DNA of 64,000 bases from positions 7,130,001-7,194,000 of the forward strand of contig OZ024759.1 in NCBI GenBank assembly GCA_964016885.1, in the 5' to 3' direction. Shown here piece after piece: positions 1 through 12,819 of the stretch (position 1 is its first letter; the number at the start of each line of letters is the position of its first letter). Origin of the DNA: Eledone cirrhosa (Eukaryota). Both the position numbers and the translations under genes were made by a program. The notes under the pieces were generated by a model. That model was not told where the DNA came from. It ran no database searches and worked only from the letters and a program-made list of their open reading frames with translations.

Positions 1-1658
1 ACCACAAGGTATTCTATCACAGAAGAGAGATGAAACAAACACCACAAGGTATTCTATCACAGAAGAGAGATGAAACAAACACCACAAGGTATTCTATCAC
101 AGAAGAGAGATGAAACAAACACCACAAGGTATTCTATCACAGAGGAGAGATGAAACAAACACCACAAGGTATTCTATCACAGAAGAGAGATGAAACAAAC
201 ACCACAAGGTATTCTATCACAGAGGAGAGATGAAACAAACACCACAAGGTATTCTATCACAGAAGAGAGATGAAACAAACACCACAAGGTATTCTATCAC
301 AGAGGAGAGATGAAACAAACACCACAAGGTATTCTATCACAGAGGAGAGATGAAACAAACACCACAAGGTATTCTATCACAAAAGAGAGATGAAACAAAC
401 ACCACAAGGTATTCTATCACAAAAGAGAGATGAAACAAACACCACAAGGTATTCTATCACAAAAGAGAGATGAAACAAACACCACAAGGTATTCTATCAC
501 AGAAGAGAGATGAAACAAACACCACAAGGTATTCTATCACAGAGGAGAGATGAAACAAACACCACAAGGTATTCTATCACAAAAGAGAGATGAAACAAAC
601 ACCACAAGGTATTCTATCACAAAAGAGAGATGAAACAAACACCACAAGGTATTCTATCACAGAAGAGAGATGAAACAAACACCACAAGGTATTCTATCAC
701 AGAAGAGAGATGAAACAAACACCACAAGGTATTCTATCACAGAGGAGAGATGAAACAAACACCACAAGGTATTCTATCACAGAAGAGAGATGAAACAAAC
801 ACCACAAGGTATTCTATCACAAAAGAGAGATGAAACAAACACCACAAGGTATTCTATCACAGAAGAGAGATGAAACAAACACCACAAGGTATTCTATCAC
901 AGAAGAGAGATGAAACAAACACCACAAGGTATTCTATCACAAAAGAGAGATGAAACAAACACCACAAGGTATTCTATCACAGAAGAGAGATGAAACAAAC
1001 ACCACAAGGTATTCTATCACAGAAGAGAGATGAAACAAACACCACAAGGTATTCTATCACAAAAGAGAGATGAAACAAACACCACAAGGTATTCTATCAC
1101 AGAAGAGAGATGAAACAAACACCACAAGGTATTCTATCACAGAAGAGAGATGAAACAAACACCACAAGGTATTCTATCACAGAGGAGAGATGAAACAAAC
1201 ACCACAAGGTATTCTATCACAGAAGAGAGATGAAACAAACACCACAAGGTATTCTATCACAGAAGAGAGATGAAACAAACACCACAAGGTATTCTATCAC
1301 AGAAGAGAGATGAAACAAACACCACAAGGTATTCTATCACAGAAGAGAGATGAAACAAACACCACAAGGTATTCTATCACAGAGGAGAGATGAAACAAAC
1401 ACCACAAGGTATTCTATCACAGAAGAGAGATGAAACAAACACCACAAGGTATTCTATCACAGAGGAGAGATGAAACAAACACCACAAGGTATTCTATCAC
1501 AGAAGAGAGATGAAACAAACACCACAAGGTATTCTATCACAGAAGAGAGATGAAACAAACACCACAAGGTATTCTATCACAGAGGAGAGATGAAACAAAC
1601 ACCACAAGGTATTCTATCACAGAGGAGAGATGAAACAAACACCACAAGGTATTCTATC
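1..1658. repeat. 40-bp tandem satellite (~41 copies, runs off window start)
   Basis: Unit ACCACAAGGTATTCTATCACAG(A/G)AGAGAGATGAAACAAAC repeated with only 1-2 variable positions; ends in a reversed SINE head at 1659-1688. Confidence 0.98.
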
Positions 1659-1854
1659 CAACGTTCTAACGACTCTGCCAATTCGCCAACTATATATATA
1701 GTATTAAAAAAAAAAGGATAAAGATCCCTTAACTCCTTGTGGAGTGGTAGAGGCCCTGTCATATGGCCTGTCTAGGGCACTTTTAAACCTGGTGGAGCCC
1801 AACCCTCTCCAGGTCTGAACACAGCTGATTTTTTCTATAGAGGAAGAGTCAACC

Positions 1855-2000
1855 CCAGTACTTCACTGGTACTTTTTTTATCAACCTTGAAAGGATGAAA
1901 GGCAAAGTTGACCCTGGCGGGACTTGAACTCAGAGAGCACAATGAAGGTGGACAAATACCGTAAAGCATTCTATCAGACATCTTAACAACTCGCTGCCTA
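1855..2000 (-). mobile_element. tRNA-derived SINE family B, diverged copy
   Basis: Reverse complement has GAGTTCAAGTCCCGCCAGGGTCAACTTTGCCTTTCATCCTTTC, matching the copies at 2780, 7678, 23810 and 35490. Confidence 0.8.
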
Positions 2001-2227
2001 TATATTTAAAATTGCTTTTAAATGTGTTTTTGCAGAGAGTAGGGTAAGGTGCCCTGGCTTGATAATGACCAGAGTTAGAACCGATGACATCATTGTCGTC
2101 AGTTACATATCGTTAGCTTCTGCTGGAATCTGCTAGATGGCGCTACATCAGCAGTTTCCAAATTCATAGCTGAAGGTTTTCGAAAGGTTTATTCATAAAC
2201 ATAGCTAAATATAGAAAAACGTTAAAC

Positions 2228-2297
<70 letters not shown>

Positions 2298-2479
2298 GCA
2301 TGTGTGTGCGTGTGTATGTACGCATACATGTGTTTTTTATATATATATATGTATATATATATGTGTGTATATATGTGCTTGTATATGTGTGTGTATATAT
2401 AAATATATTTTTGTCCGTATTTCTTATGCCTATATTCTATATAAGTTTATATACACATATATGTGCACAGATAATTATG

Positions 2480-2532
<53 letters not shown>

Positions 2533-2600
2533 GTGTGTGTGTCAAGTATTTCCGTAGAAAAGGTAAAAGAAAGAAGAGTGCTCTACGTATAGTACAGAGC

Positions 2601-2758
2601 TATTCCATTATCCAAGGTTTCACAAAGTCAGACAATTCTAAGAGAGGCGTCTGAAGTCGTTCATCAGATAGAAATCTCAAATTATAGATTTCTATCTGAT
2701 GGCTTCAGACGCCTCTCTTAGAATTGTCTGACTTTGTGAAACCTTGGGTAATGGAATA
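2601..2758 (-). ncRNA. Fold-back repeat containing a hammerhead-ribozyme motif (Penelope-type)
   Basis: Near-perfect inverted repeat; minus strand reads ttctat-CTGATGA-long stem II-GAAA-ccttgg-ATA-atggaa. Confidence 0.6.
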
Positions 2759-2779
2759 ATTATATTGTGTTGTTTATTA

Positions 2780-3180
2780 CGGTGGATTGGCAGTATCGGT
2801 AGAGGGTCGGACGCCATGCTTTCCAGCATAGTTACGTCCCTTTACGGTCTGAGTTCAAATCCCGCCGAGGTTGACTTTGCCTTTCATCCTTACGGGGTCG
2901 ATAAAATAAAGTACCAGTAATGCACTGGGTAATTGCTGGCCTTGTGCCTAAAGTAGAAACAATTATTATCATTTCTATTATAGGCACAAGGCTAGCAATT
3001 TGGGGGGAGGGGAAGTCAATTAAATGGACCCCAGTGCATTACTGGTACTTTATTTTGTCGACCCCGTAAGGATGAAAGGTAAAGTTAACCTCGACAAGAT
3101 TTAAACTCAGACCATAAAGGGCCCAAACTCTTTGCTACAAAGCATGTTGTCTGATGCTCTACCAATACTGCCAATCCACC
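2780..3180. mobile_element. Two family-B SINEs tail-to-tail (+ 2780-2965, - 2970-3180)
   Basis: A box TGGCAGTATCGG, B box GAGTTCAAATCC, central GCCTTTCATCCTTACGGGGTCGATAAAATAAAGTACCAG; the second copy is the reverse complement. Confidence 0.88.
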
Positions 3181-3184
3181 ACCC

Positions 3185-3222
<38 letters not shown>

Positions 3223-3259
3223 GTAATAATATATATATAAACGTTTTATATCTTTTCAG

Positions 3260-3876
3260 AGATGGCAACATTTACATAAGGCACAATAACATGTTTATTG
3301 GATCTGTGTACAAGAAAGCTGTATTTCGCGAGTACACCGACATTACTTTCAACGAAAGAATAGAAAGGGATAGCAGCACAGTACATCTTGGAATTTTGGG
3401 TCCAATCATTCGAGCAGAGGTTGGGGAAACTATTGAGGTCTATTTTAAAAACAAGGCCTCCAGACCCTACTCTATGCTTCCCCACGGCCTACATTACATG
3501 AACAATGAAGATGGAGAGCTTTTCAACAGCAATAAATCGACCCCTGCCAATATGGTTAAGCCTAACACTACGTTCAAATATACCTGGAATGTTCCAATGA
3601 GCGCTGGGCCAAGTGCAAGGGACCCTAATTGTATTTCGTGGCAATATACTTCAGCTGTGGACCCGATAAAAGACGTATACAGTGGACTTATTGGTCCTAT
3701 AATTATCTGTCGAAAGGGGACATTGAATAACGCAGAGAAACGAAGGGACATAGATAAAGAGTTTGTGTTCCTGTTTTGGGTCTTAGATGAGAACCAAAGC
3801 TGGTATTTTGAGGAAAATATCAAACATTATGCTCCAGGTCGAGTGAACGGGACCCGTGATGACGACTTCGAAGAGA
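3260..3876 (+). CDS. Ceruloplasmin/hephaestin-like multicopper ferroxidase, internal exon (cupredoxin domain 5 into 6)
   Basis: ttttcag acceptor, A|gtaagt donor; GSVYKKAVFREYTD, HLGILGPIIRAEVGETIEVYFKNKASRPYSMLPHG, YTWNVP..GP...DPNCISWQYTSAVDPIKDVYSGLIGPIIICR and EFVFLFWVLDENQSWY are typical CP/HEPH motifs. Confidence 0.95.
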
Positions 3877-4115
3877 GTAAGTATAGCAACACTTTAATCC
3901 AGGGCCACCCATCCTATTTTAAAATATACAGTATGGCTTAGTGGTTAGAGCATTGGGCTTGCAATCGAAAGGTTGTGAGTTCGATTACTCAGCTGTAGAA
4001 ATGAGATGATAGGGACTGGGTCCCTATCATTAAATTACCCAAGACACCTCCAACGAGATATACCTACCACCTAAGCCATGTATATATTTATATATGTATG
4101 TATATGTATGTATAT

Positions 4116-4455
4116 GAAGGCACATGGCTTAGTGGTTAGAGCATTGGCTTTGCAATCGAAAGGTTGTGAGTTCAATTCTCAGACCGGGTGATGTGTTGTT
4201 TCCTTGAGCAAGACACTTTATTTCACATTGCTCCAGTTTACTCAGCTGTAGAAATGAGATGATAGGGACTGGGGTCCCTATCATTCCACTGTGAAGTGGT
4301 CGTGGAGGTGCAAAAAAGCACCCAGCACTCACTGTAAATGAGGTTGGTGTTAGGAAGGGCATCCAGCTGTAGAAATCAAGCCAGAATCAGTTCCCGTCCC
4401 ACCCTTGCAAGCAGGGAAAAGCGGACGTAAATTGATGATGATGATGATGATGATG
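4116..4455 (+). mobile_element. tRNA-headed CORE-type SINE family A with RTE-like 3' tail and (GAT)n end
   Basis: A box TGGCTTAGTGG, B box GAGTTCAATTC, CORE-like CCTTGAGCAAGACACTTTATTTCAC..CTCAGCTGTAGAAATG; truncated extra copy at 3933-4030. Confidence 0.9.
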
Positions 4456-4529
4456 TATATATTTATATATATATATATATATGTATGTATATATATATGT
4501 ATATATGTATGTATATATGTATGTATATG

Positions 4530-4560
<31 letters not shown>

Positions 4561-4611
4561 ACGTATGTATGTATACGTATATATATATCTATATATATAT
4601 ATATATTTATG

Positions 4612-4685
<74 letters not shown>

Positions 4686-4687
4686 GG

Positions 4688-4755
<68 letters not shown>

Positions 4756-5236
4756 TGTATATATAGTATATTTTGCAATACACTGTATGCTTAATTAAAA
4801 ACATTTTGAAGACCTTGCGCTATTGTTTTAAAGTAGTGACTATGTCACTTACTTCTATTTTCAGCAAACAAGGGGAGATAAGCTCACAGAGCTCTGTTTC
4901 ATACAGTTGGTACTTATCAAAGCCTAGCACTTCCCTTGTTTGCTGAAAATTATGAATGTTGGATTCTTATAGAATTCCAGTAATAATCTATATATACATT
5001 CATATATATATATCGCTATTTCAGAGTACAAATCTAATTTTCAATTTTTGCAGTTCCTAATTATTACTGGAATTCTATAAGAATCCAACATTCATAATTT
5101 TCAGCAAACAAGGGAAGTGCTAGGCTATTTTTAGTGGTGTAAGTTTGTGAGACACGCTAAGATACCATGTGTGCTATTATATATAGCACACTATTCAGTT
5201 TCTTAATATACTTAGAAGTGTCTAGGATATTAATTC

Positions 5237-5314
5237 ATCACCCACTGATGAGCTTGAATTGGTAATTTTATTCACAATTAACATTGCGAAACAACACCAA
5301 GTTGTCTGGGTGAT
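5237..5314 (+). ncRNA. Type I hammerhead ribozyme
   Basis: Stem I ATCACCCA/TGGGTGAT (8 bp), CTGATGA 5245-5251, stem II closed by GC/GC, GAAA 5288-5291, stem III ACAAC/GTTGT, cleavage triplet GTC (C5306). Confidence 0.85.
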
Positions 5315-5575
5315 TGGTAGTTACCACAATTCCGTTTGTATTTATTTTCTTGCTTTTTTTTATTAAATTGAGACAAGCAAACCCAATTGTGTATAGTTAG
5401 TATTCTTTACACCTTAACGAATCTGGTCCCTTACGATTTGAACACATATATCTATATATCTGTGTTCGTTTTTCTTTTATATTCTATTATAATATACGGC
5501 TCAGAAATATCTCTTTCTTAGAGCTATTTTATTGTAAGAGACTATTTTGAGTTCCTAACTCAATATATACCTTTG

Positions 5576-5623
<48 letters not shown>

Positions 5624-5769
5624 TATTTTCCGTAGTATTGTAATATGAATATTACACACAGTAGATGGACAGCTCACGTAGAGTTTGCTCGACGGTTCCA
5701 GTTGTAGTTTCAAAAGTAATCCGGAGAAAATAGAAGGATTTAAATGGATACAGTTCAGTTAAAAGGAAT

Positions 5770-5890
5770 TTATTGACACGTGTTTCAATAACAGTTACAT
5801 AACCTGAAAACAGCTGCTATCTACAAAGTATTAGTTATGCAGACATTCAATATTTCAATGTTATTATCAACTGTCATTTCATCAGAATAA
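5770..5890 (-). ncRNA. Hammerhead motif with very long stem II
   Basis: Minus strand: ttatt-CTGATGA-aatgacagtt...aactgttatt-GAAA-cacgtGTC-aataa; palindromic stem III ACACGTGT. Confidence 0.7.
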
Positions 5891-6050
5891 TTTTATTGAG
5901 AACCTGTTTGGTTTTTATAGAGAATATTAGGAGGGAGGGGTGAAGTTGTTAGAAGAATAGTTAAGGGAGTGGTTTTTTGATAGCAGTGAGAATTTTTGGT
6001 GGCAGTGAGTAATTAGATTCCCATCTGTTGTTTTGACATTTTTATATTCC

Positions 6051-7677
<1,627 letters not shown>

Positions 7678-7681
<4 letters not shown>

Positions 7682-7860
7682 TGTTTCTACTTTTGGCACA
7701 AGGCCAGCAATTACCCAGTGTATTACTGGTACTTTATTTTATCGACCCCATAAGGATGAAAGGCAAAGTTAACCTCGGCGGGATTTGAACTCAGAATGGC
7801 AAGGGCTGTAACTCTATGCGTCAAAGCATGACGTCCGACTCTCTACCGATACTGCCAAAT
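7678..7860 (-). mobile_element. SINE family B
   Basis: Matches the reverse complement of 2780-2965. Confidence 0.88.
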
Positions 7861-9082
7861 AATATGAGAAAATAACATTGTTCAATAATGACCATATGTT
7901 TAGTTTAAAAACTTGAGATCAATATACCAAAATCTGAGTTAAATCTTTCAAAAAGTACCCTATTTATAAAAATCATGGATACAAATATGTATATATATAC
8001 ACACATATGTACGTCCTGAAAATAGAAATTATGTCTACTCAAGCCAATAATATAGACACACAAAGCGCAAATGATTTCACTTGATCACTGCTATACACTC
8101 CTTGTGTTATAAAAAATTCACAGTATATATACATAAATATACGATTAATATTCATGTCCTCATATATACGATTACCGTTCATGTATTTAATATTATGCAT
8201 ATCTGCAACATACATCACATATTCACACACACATATATACACATACATATGTATAAATAAATATCTGCGTGAGTCCTCCAGCATCGCTCATGTATATATA
8301 CAGACATATATACAAACACATAAATAGACCCTATAACACTTTTATATGCATGTTAATACACACATATGGCATTTGTATAGAGATAATCAAATATCAATAT
8401 ATTAATATAGAAATATCAAAGCATTAAATATCTTTAAAACACTATAGAGTATCTCAAGTTAAAATAATATGTTTTATATATTTAGTATAGAAATTTATCC
8501 TACCTATATCTCAAACAAGATATTGAAAGGGTAGACTTATGAAAGTTATTAGAAGCTATCAGAGTCAAAACAAGTAAAAAAATAAAAATAATTTAAAAGA
8601 TTTAGAAGACCCAGTGATTCTACGGATAACCTTATATTTAGTATAGAAATTTATCTTACGTATATTTTATTTAATACATTGGGAGCATATACATTTTAGA
8701 GTAGTTTATTATATCCTTGTTTATATTTAGGAAGAAAGTTTAAAATGAAAAAGGTGAAGGAATCTAATGATTTATCGACAGGTTTCATATATTAACTAAA
8801 TTTCTTAATTAATTATACTACATTTTAAATTTATATTTATATTTAAACGTTGAGTTCAATCTATGTCTGCAGCAACTGAATAAATTGCTCCTTAAATTAA
8901 GGGAATTTTTGGACTTTAATATAAAGAATATTTCTTCTATACAAAGATCACAATTTTCTGAAAAGGAATTAAAAGGAGTAGCTTATGAAATAATATTCCA
9001 ATTCATCGAATATTTAATATTATCTCGTTTAAGGTGCCAGAGTAGGCTAGATAGCGAAGTTGAAGATTTTTTGTTTGGATCA

Positions 9083-10025
9083 TATTATATATCTATGTCC
9101 CATTCATGAATATTGATATTTATATTTTTATTATTCATTTCATATAAATTAACTCAACTTAATATGACATGACGTAAAGTTGTCACTATCTCCCCCTCTC
9201 TCTATATAGTATTTTCTCTCTCTTGAGTTTTTCTATCTGTATGATTACTTATTATCTCTCTGTTGCTTTCCTTTGTTTTTCTTATTTCTTCCTTTTTTCT
9301 TTCTTTTTTATTTCCTCCTATCGATTTATCTCTTTCTTTTCTACATACATTTCTCTCTCTCTCCGATATTTCTCCAGGTTTTCTTTTTCTCTCTCTCCTT
9401 CTTTCTCTCTCTCCGTCTTTTTTTTTTTTTTTTTGCTTTCTTTCTCTCCGTCTTTTTCTAATTGTGCTTAACACTATAACTAATAAAATAATATAAACAT
9501 TTCACTATCCAGACAGCTTCCAAAAATAATGGTTGCATTTAATAGGGTACGTCAAAATTATTTATAAAACTGTTTATATATTGTATTTTGTCTGATGAAG
9601 GCATACCATATTTTAATTTGGTATCCCTGAAATATGTATAATGAAATAAATATGGTTTTATAAATATAGTTTCCATTTATTAATATCGTATATCTACTCC
9701 AAAAACTTGTCGAGTGCTTTATATCAGTTATAAAATATTTACTTGTTGTATCCCAACAATTTTAAATAGAACTTTTGCATGTATATATATATATATATAT
9801 ACGATATTAAACAAATGGAAACTATATTTATAAAACCATATTTATTTCATTATACATATTTCAGGGATACCATATTAAAAATATGGCATGCCTTCTTCAG
9901 ATAAAATACAATATATAAGCAGTTTTATAAATAAATTTGACGTACCATATTGATCAATGTTGATTGCTTTATATCAGTTATAAAATATTTATTCGTTGTA
10001 ACCCAACAATTTTAAATAAAACTTT

Positions 10026-10030
<5 letters not shown>
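9083..10030 (+). mobile_element. Non-coding Penelope-like repeat with hammerheads at 9584-9648 (+) and 9843-9908 (-)
   Basis: tattttgt-CTGATGA-aggcatacc..ggtatccct-GAAA-tatgTA-ta-atgaaata; followed by an inverted partial copy (CTGAAGA variant) after a TA tract. Confidence 0.72.
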
Positions 10031-10079
<49 letters not shown>

Positions 10080-10135
10080 CATATATATATATAGTGTATT
10101 TCTTTCTTTTCTTTTTTTTCTGTTTTTTTGTAAAG

Positions 10136-10453
10136 GTAATTTATTTCACTCAATTAACGGGCAAATCTATGGCAATAATGAAGGCTTGTTAATTAACTGC
10201 GGGGACAAAGTCGCCTGGTATTTGATGTCATATGGAAGTGAGAAGGATGTACATACAGTACACTTGCACGGTCAAACCTTCATCAACAGCGCTGGATCAC
10301 GCAAAAGAAGCGATGTCATCACACTGACACCGAGTCTCACACGCCAGGTGGAATTTCATGCTACCAATCCCGGTACTTGGTTCCTACACTGCCATGTCAA
10401 CGACCACATCGTTGCTGGTATGGAAACCGTTTACACCATCCTAGGCAATAGAT
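10136..10453 (+). CDS. Multicopper ferroxidase exon, C-terminal cupredoxin domain with copper ligands
   Basis: Polypyrimidine tract then taaag acceptor; phase-1 join gives ES-NLFHSING; HTVHLHG and GTWFLHCHVNDHIVAGM multicopper-oxidase signature; T|gtaagt donor. Confidence 0.96.
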
Positions 10454-10578
10454 GTAAGTATTCTTTAATTGCTTCTCAATAACCTATTAATCCAGTGCTT
10501 CTTAATGTTTTTCTATTGCGGCACCCCTTAACATTTTAATATTCCATCCTAGGCAATAGATGTAAGCATTCTTTAATT

Positions 10579-11524
10579 CAGAGGTTCTCACTGTGGGTGT
10601 TACCGTCCCTCTGTTGGGCATTGAGAAGGTCCCTGAAGCACTGGGGTCTAAGGGGGCGGTAGTGATGATATAATAGTATATTAAATTTCAAAAGGTACAT
10701 ATTATATATAAATATAGTAAAATAAAAAGAATATATATATTTATTTAGACATAGTATATATTATATTATTTATTATATATAAATTAACGATTTTATTTAT
10801 TATATACTAGCAGTGGTACCCGGCGTTGCACATGATAAGGTATTTTGGAACGCGGGCCGCCAACAGGCCTAATCGTGGAAAAACTGCATGCCTGGACAAT
10901 ATGTAAAGAAAATAAGCCGAATACTCTGATGGCTGTATAATCTTTAAGATTTTCCTCGATGAAGCAGGAAAAATGCAGGTTTTCACCTAATGCGGGCCCT
11001 AGGGGATCAAGAAAATGAATTTTTTTATGTGCATAATATGCCTTGAAATTTCGGGAAAATCGGCTAGATGTAAAAAAAAAAAGCCCTAAAAAGCCCTAAA
11101 AAGAAGCCCTAAAAAAATCCCCAAATAGCCCTAAAAATCCCCAAAAAGCCCTAAAATGCTGAAAAAATGAGTTTTTTCACCTAATGCGGGCCCTAGGGGA
11201 TCAAAAAGTTGAATTTATGTGCATAACACTCCCTGAAACATAAGTAATACACATGTAAAGTTTGAAAAAAGTCGGTTGGGTACTTCTCGAGTTTTAGGGA
11301 TTCAAACTCACAGACACATACAGACATCCTCAGTTTTATATATATATAGATTTACAAGTTGCATGTAGGTCTTTCTTGAAATAGGGTTGCAGGTTGCTGG
11401 GGTATTACGTGACTGTGAAGGGGGGGGGCATGAGGGTGAGGGTATTATGTGGCTGTGAGGGGTGTTCTGAGGGATTTACATGGTTGTGAGGGGACTGGTG
11501 GCCTAAAAAGTTTGAGAACCTCTG
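10579..11524. mobile_element. hAT-type MITE with nested Helitron
   Basis: TIR CAGAGGTTCTCA/TGAGAACCTCTG and perfect 8-bp TSD CTTTAATT (10571-78, 11525-32). Confidence 0.9.
10807..11350 (-). mobile_element. Non-autonomous Helitron
   Basis: Minus strand begins TCTATATATAT.. and ends GCAACGCCGGGTACCACTGCTAG at an A|T site; same family as 40342-41232. Confidence 0.85.
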
Positions 11525-11554
11525 CTTTAATTGCTTCTAAATAACCTATTAATC

Positions 11555-12269
11555 CACTGCTTCTTAACCGTTTTCTATCGTGGCACCCCTTAACATTTTG
11601 AAATTCCATTCCACACCTTTAGACCTGGCACATAAGACAAAAGAACTTGAATTTTCAGGTGAAATTATCAGCTACTTAACTGCGATTATTTAATTAATTA
11701 ACTACTATGATTAATTAATACAATTTTTTGAAAATATCCAATCAAAATATTTTAATCTTTAACCCTTTAGCATTTAAACCAGCCATATCTGGCCAGAATT
11801 CTCTCACCTCTTTCTATTCAAACCGGCTATAACTGGCTGCTCATACTGACATTAACCCTTTACATTACTCTATATTTATTATTATATTTTCATAGTAAAG
11901 GCTTTATCTTACATTACCTCACATAATATCGAATCTATGAGATTTTGATATTATTTATTTTGAGAATAATACCTTAACATCAGAATGAATGGCCAATTAT
12001 GGCCAGTTTGAACAGAAAGAGGTGAGAGCATTCTGGTCGGATATGTCCGGTTTAAATGCTAAAGAGTTAAGGTATTTTTCTCAAAATAAATATCATCAAA
12101 ATATCATAGATTCGATATTATGTGAGATAATTTTATGAGATAAAAGCTTTTCCATGAAAATATAATAGTAAATATAGAGTAATGTAAATGGGGGTTAATG
12201 TGACTTCTGTTCTTGCTTCTTCTCTACACCCCAAGAACCAAATCTCGCACCCTAGGTTAAGAACCACTG
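11555..12269. mobile_element. hAT-type MITE containing two nested piggyBac MITEs
   Basis: TIR CACTGCTTCTTAACC/GGTTAAGAACCACTG, near-identical 8-bp flanks TATTAATC/TATTAACT. Confidence 0.75.
11763..12194. mobile_element. piggyBac MITE with an antisense same-family MITE (11856-12066) inserted in its internal TTAA
   Basis: TTAA|CCCTTTA termini; TTAA duplicated at 11852-55 and 12067-70; the uninterrupted junction is visible in the copy at 41586. Confidence 0.8.
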
Positions 12270-12368
12270 TATTAACTTATTATACTATCATTAGTATTTA
12301 TAGTGGTTGACTATTATTGTGGTTACTTCCATTAAGATGACTACATTCCAAATTTGCCCACTCTATCT

Positions 12369-12442
<74 letters not shown>

Positions 12443-12819
12443 CTCCATTCATCTCTGAGAGAAACAATCCAGTCTTGACCACTGGCCACTAGTTTCAGTC
12501 CTCCCAGGTATGTTTACCCATCACTGTCTTTGACAACATTTAGCTGTTTTAACGGCTGTTCTTTCTCATTGTTTTATGTATTCACAGTCCACAACAGCAT
12601 CGAGGGTACTTTTCAATTTACCCATTAACCAATCATTGCCCAGGCCCTAAACACACAAGAAATCGATGGAGCTTACTGCAAAGTTCATATTCTGCCTAAT
12701 TTTTCACCTTCAGTTTTAGGTGTATCCTGCAACATCAGAGACTGAGTTACCAAGTTATATTAGTACACTCGATACTGTCGCTGACTGTCAACTACACTCT
12801 CACCTCGTCTCGATAGGTT

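Noticed and set aside
1-1658. CRISPR-like regular repeat
   Set aside because: No unique spacers; pure tandem satellite in eukaryotic DNA with no cas genes
4116-4190. tRNA gene
   Set aside because: A/B boxes are present but there is no acceptor stem, and it continues into a SINE body in many copies
4129-4362. Recurrent 77-81 aa [14 protein letters not shown]..
   Set aside because: Antisense reading of SINE family A
8330-9082. AT-rich ORF-like segment between the inverted arms
   Set aside because: Interrupted by stops and has no recognisable motif; possibly an old LINE fragment but unsupported
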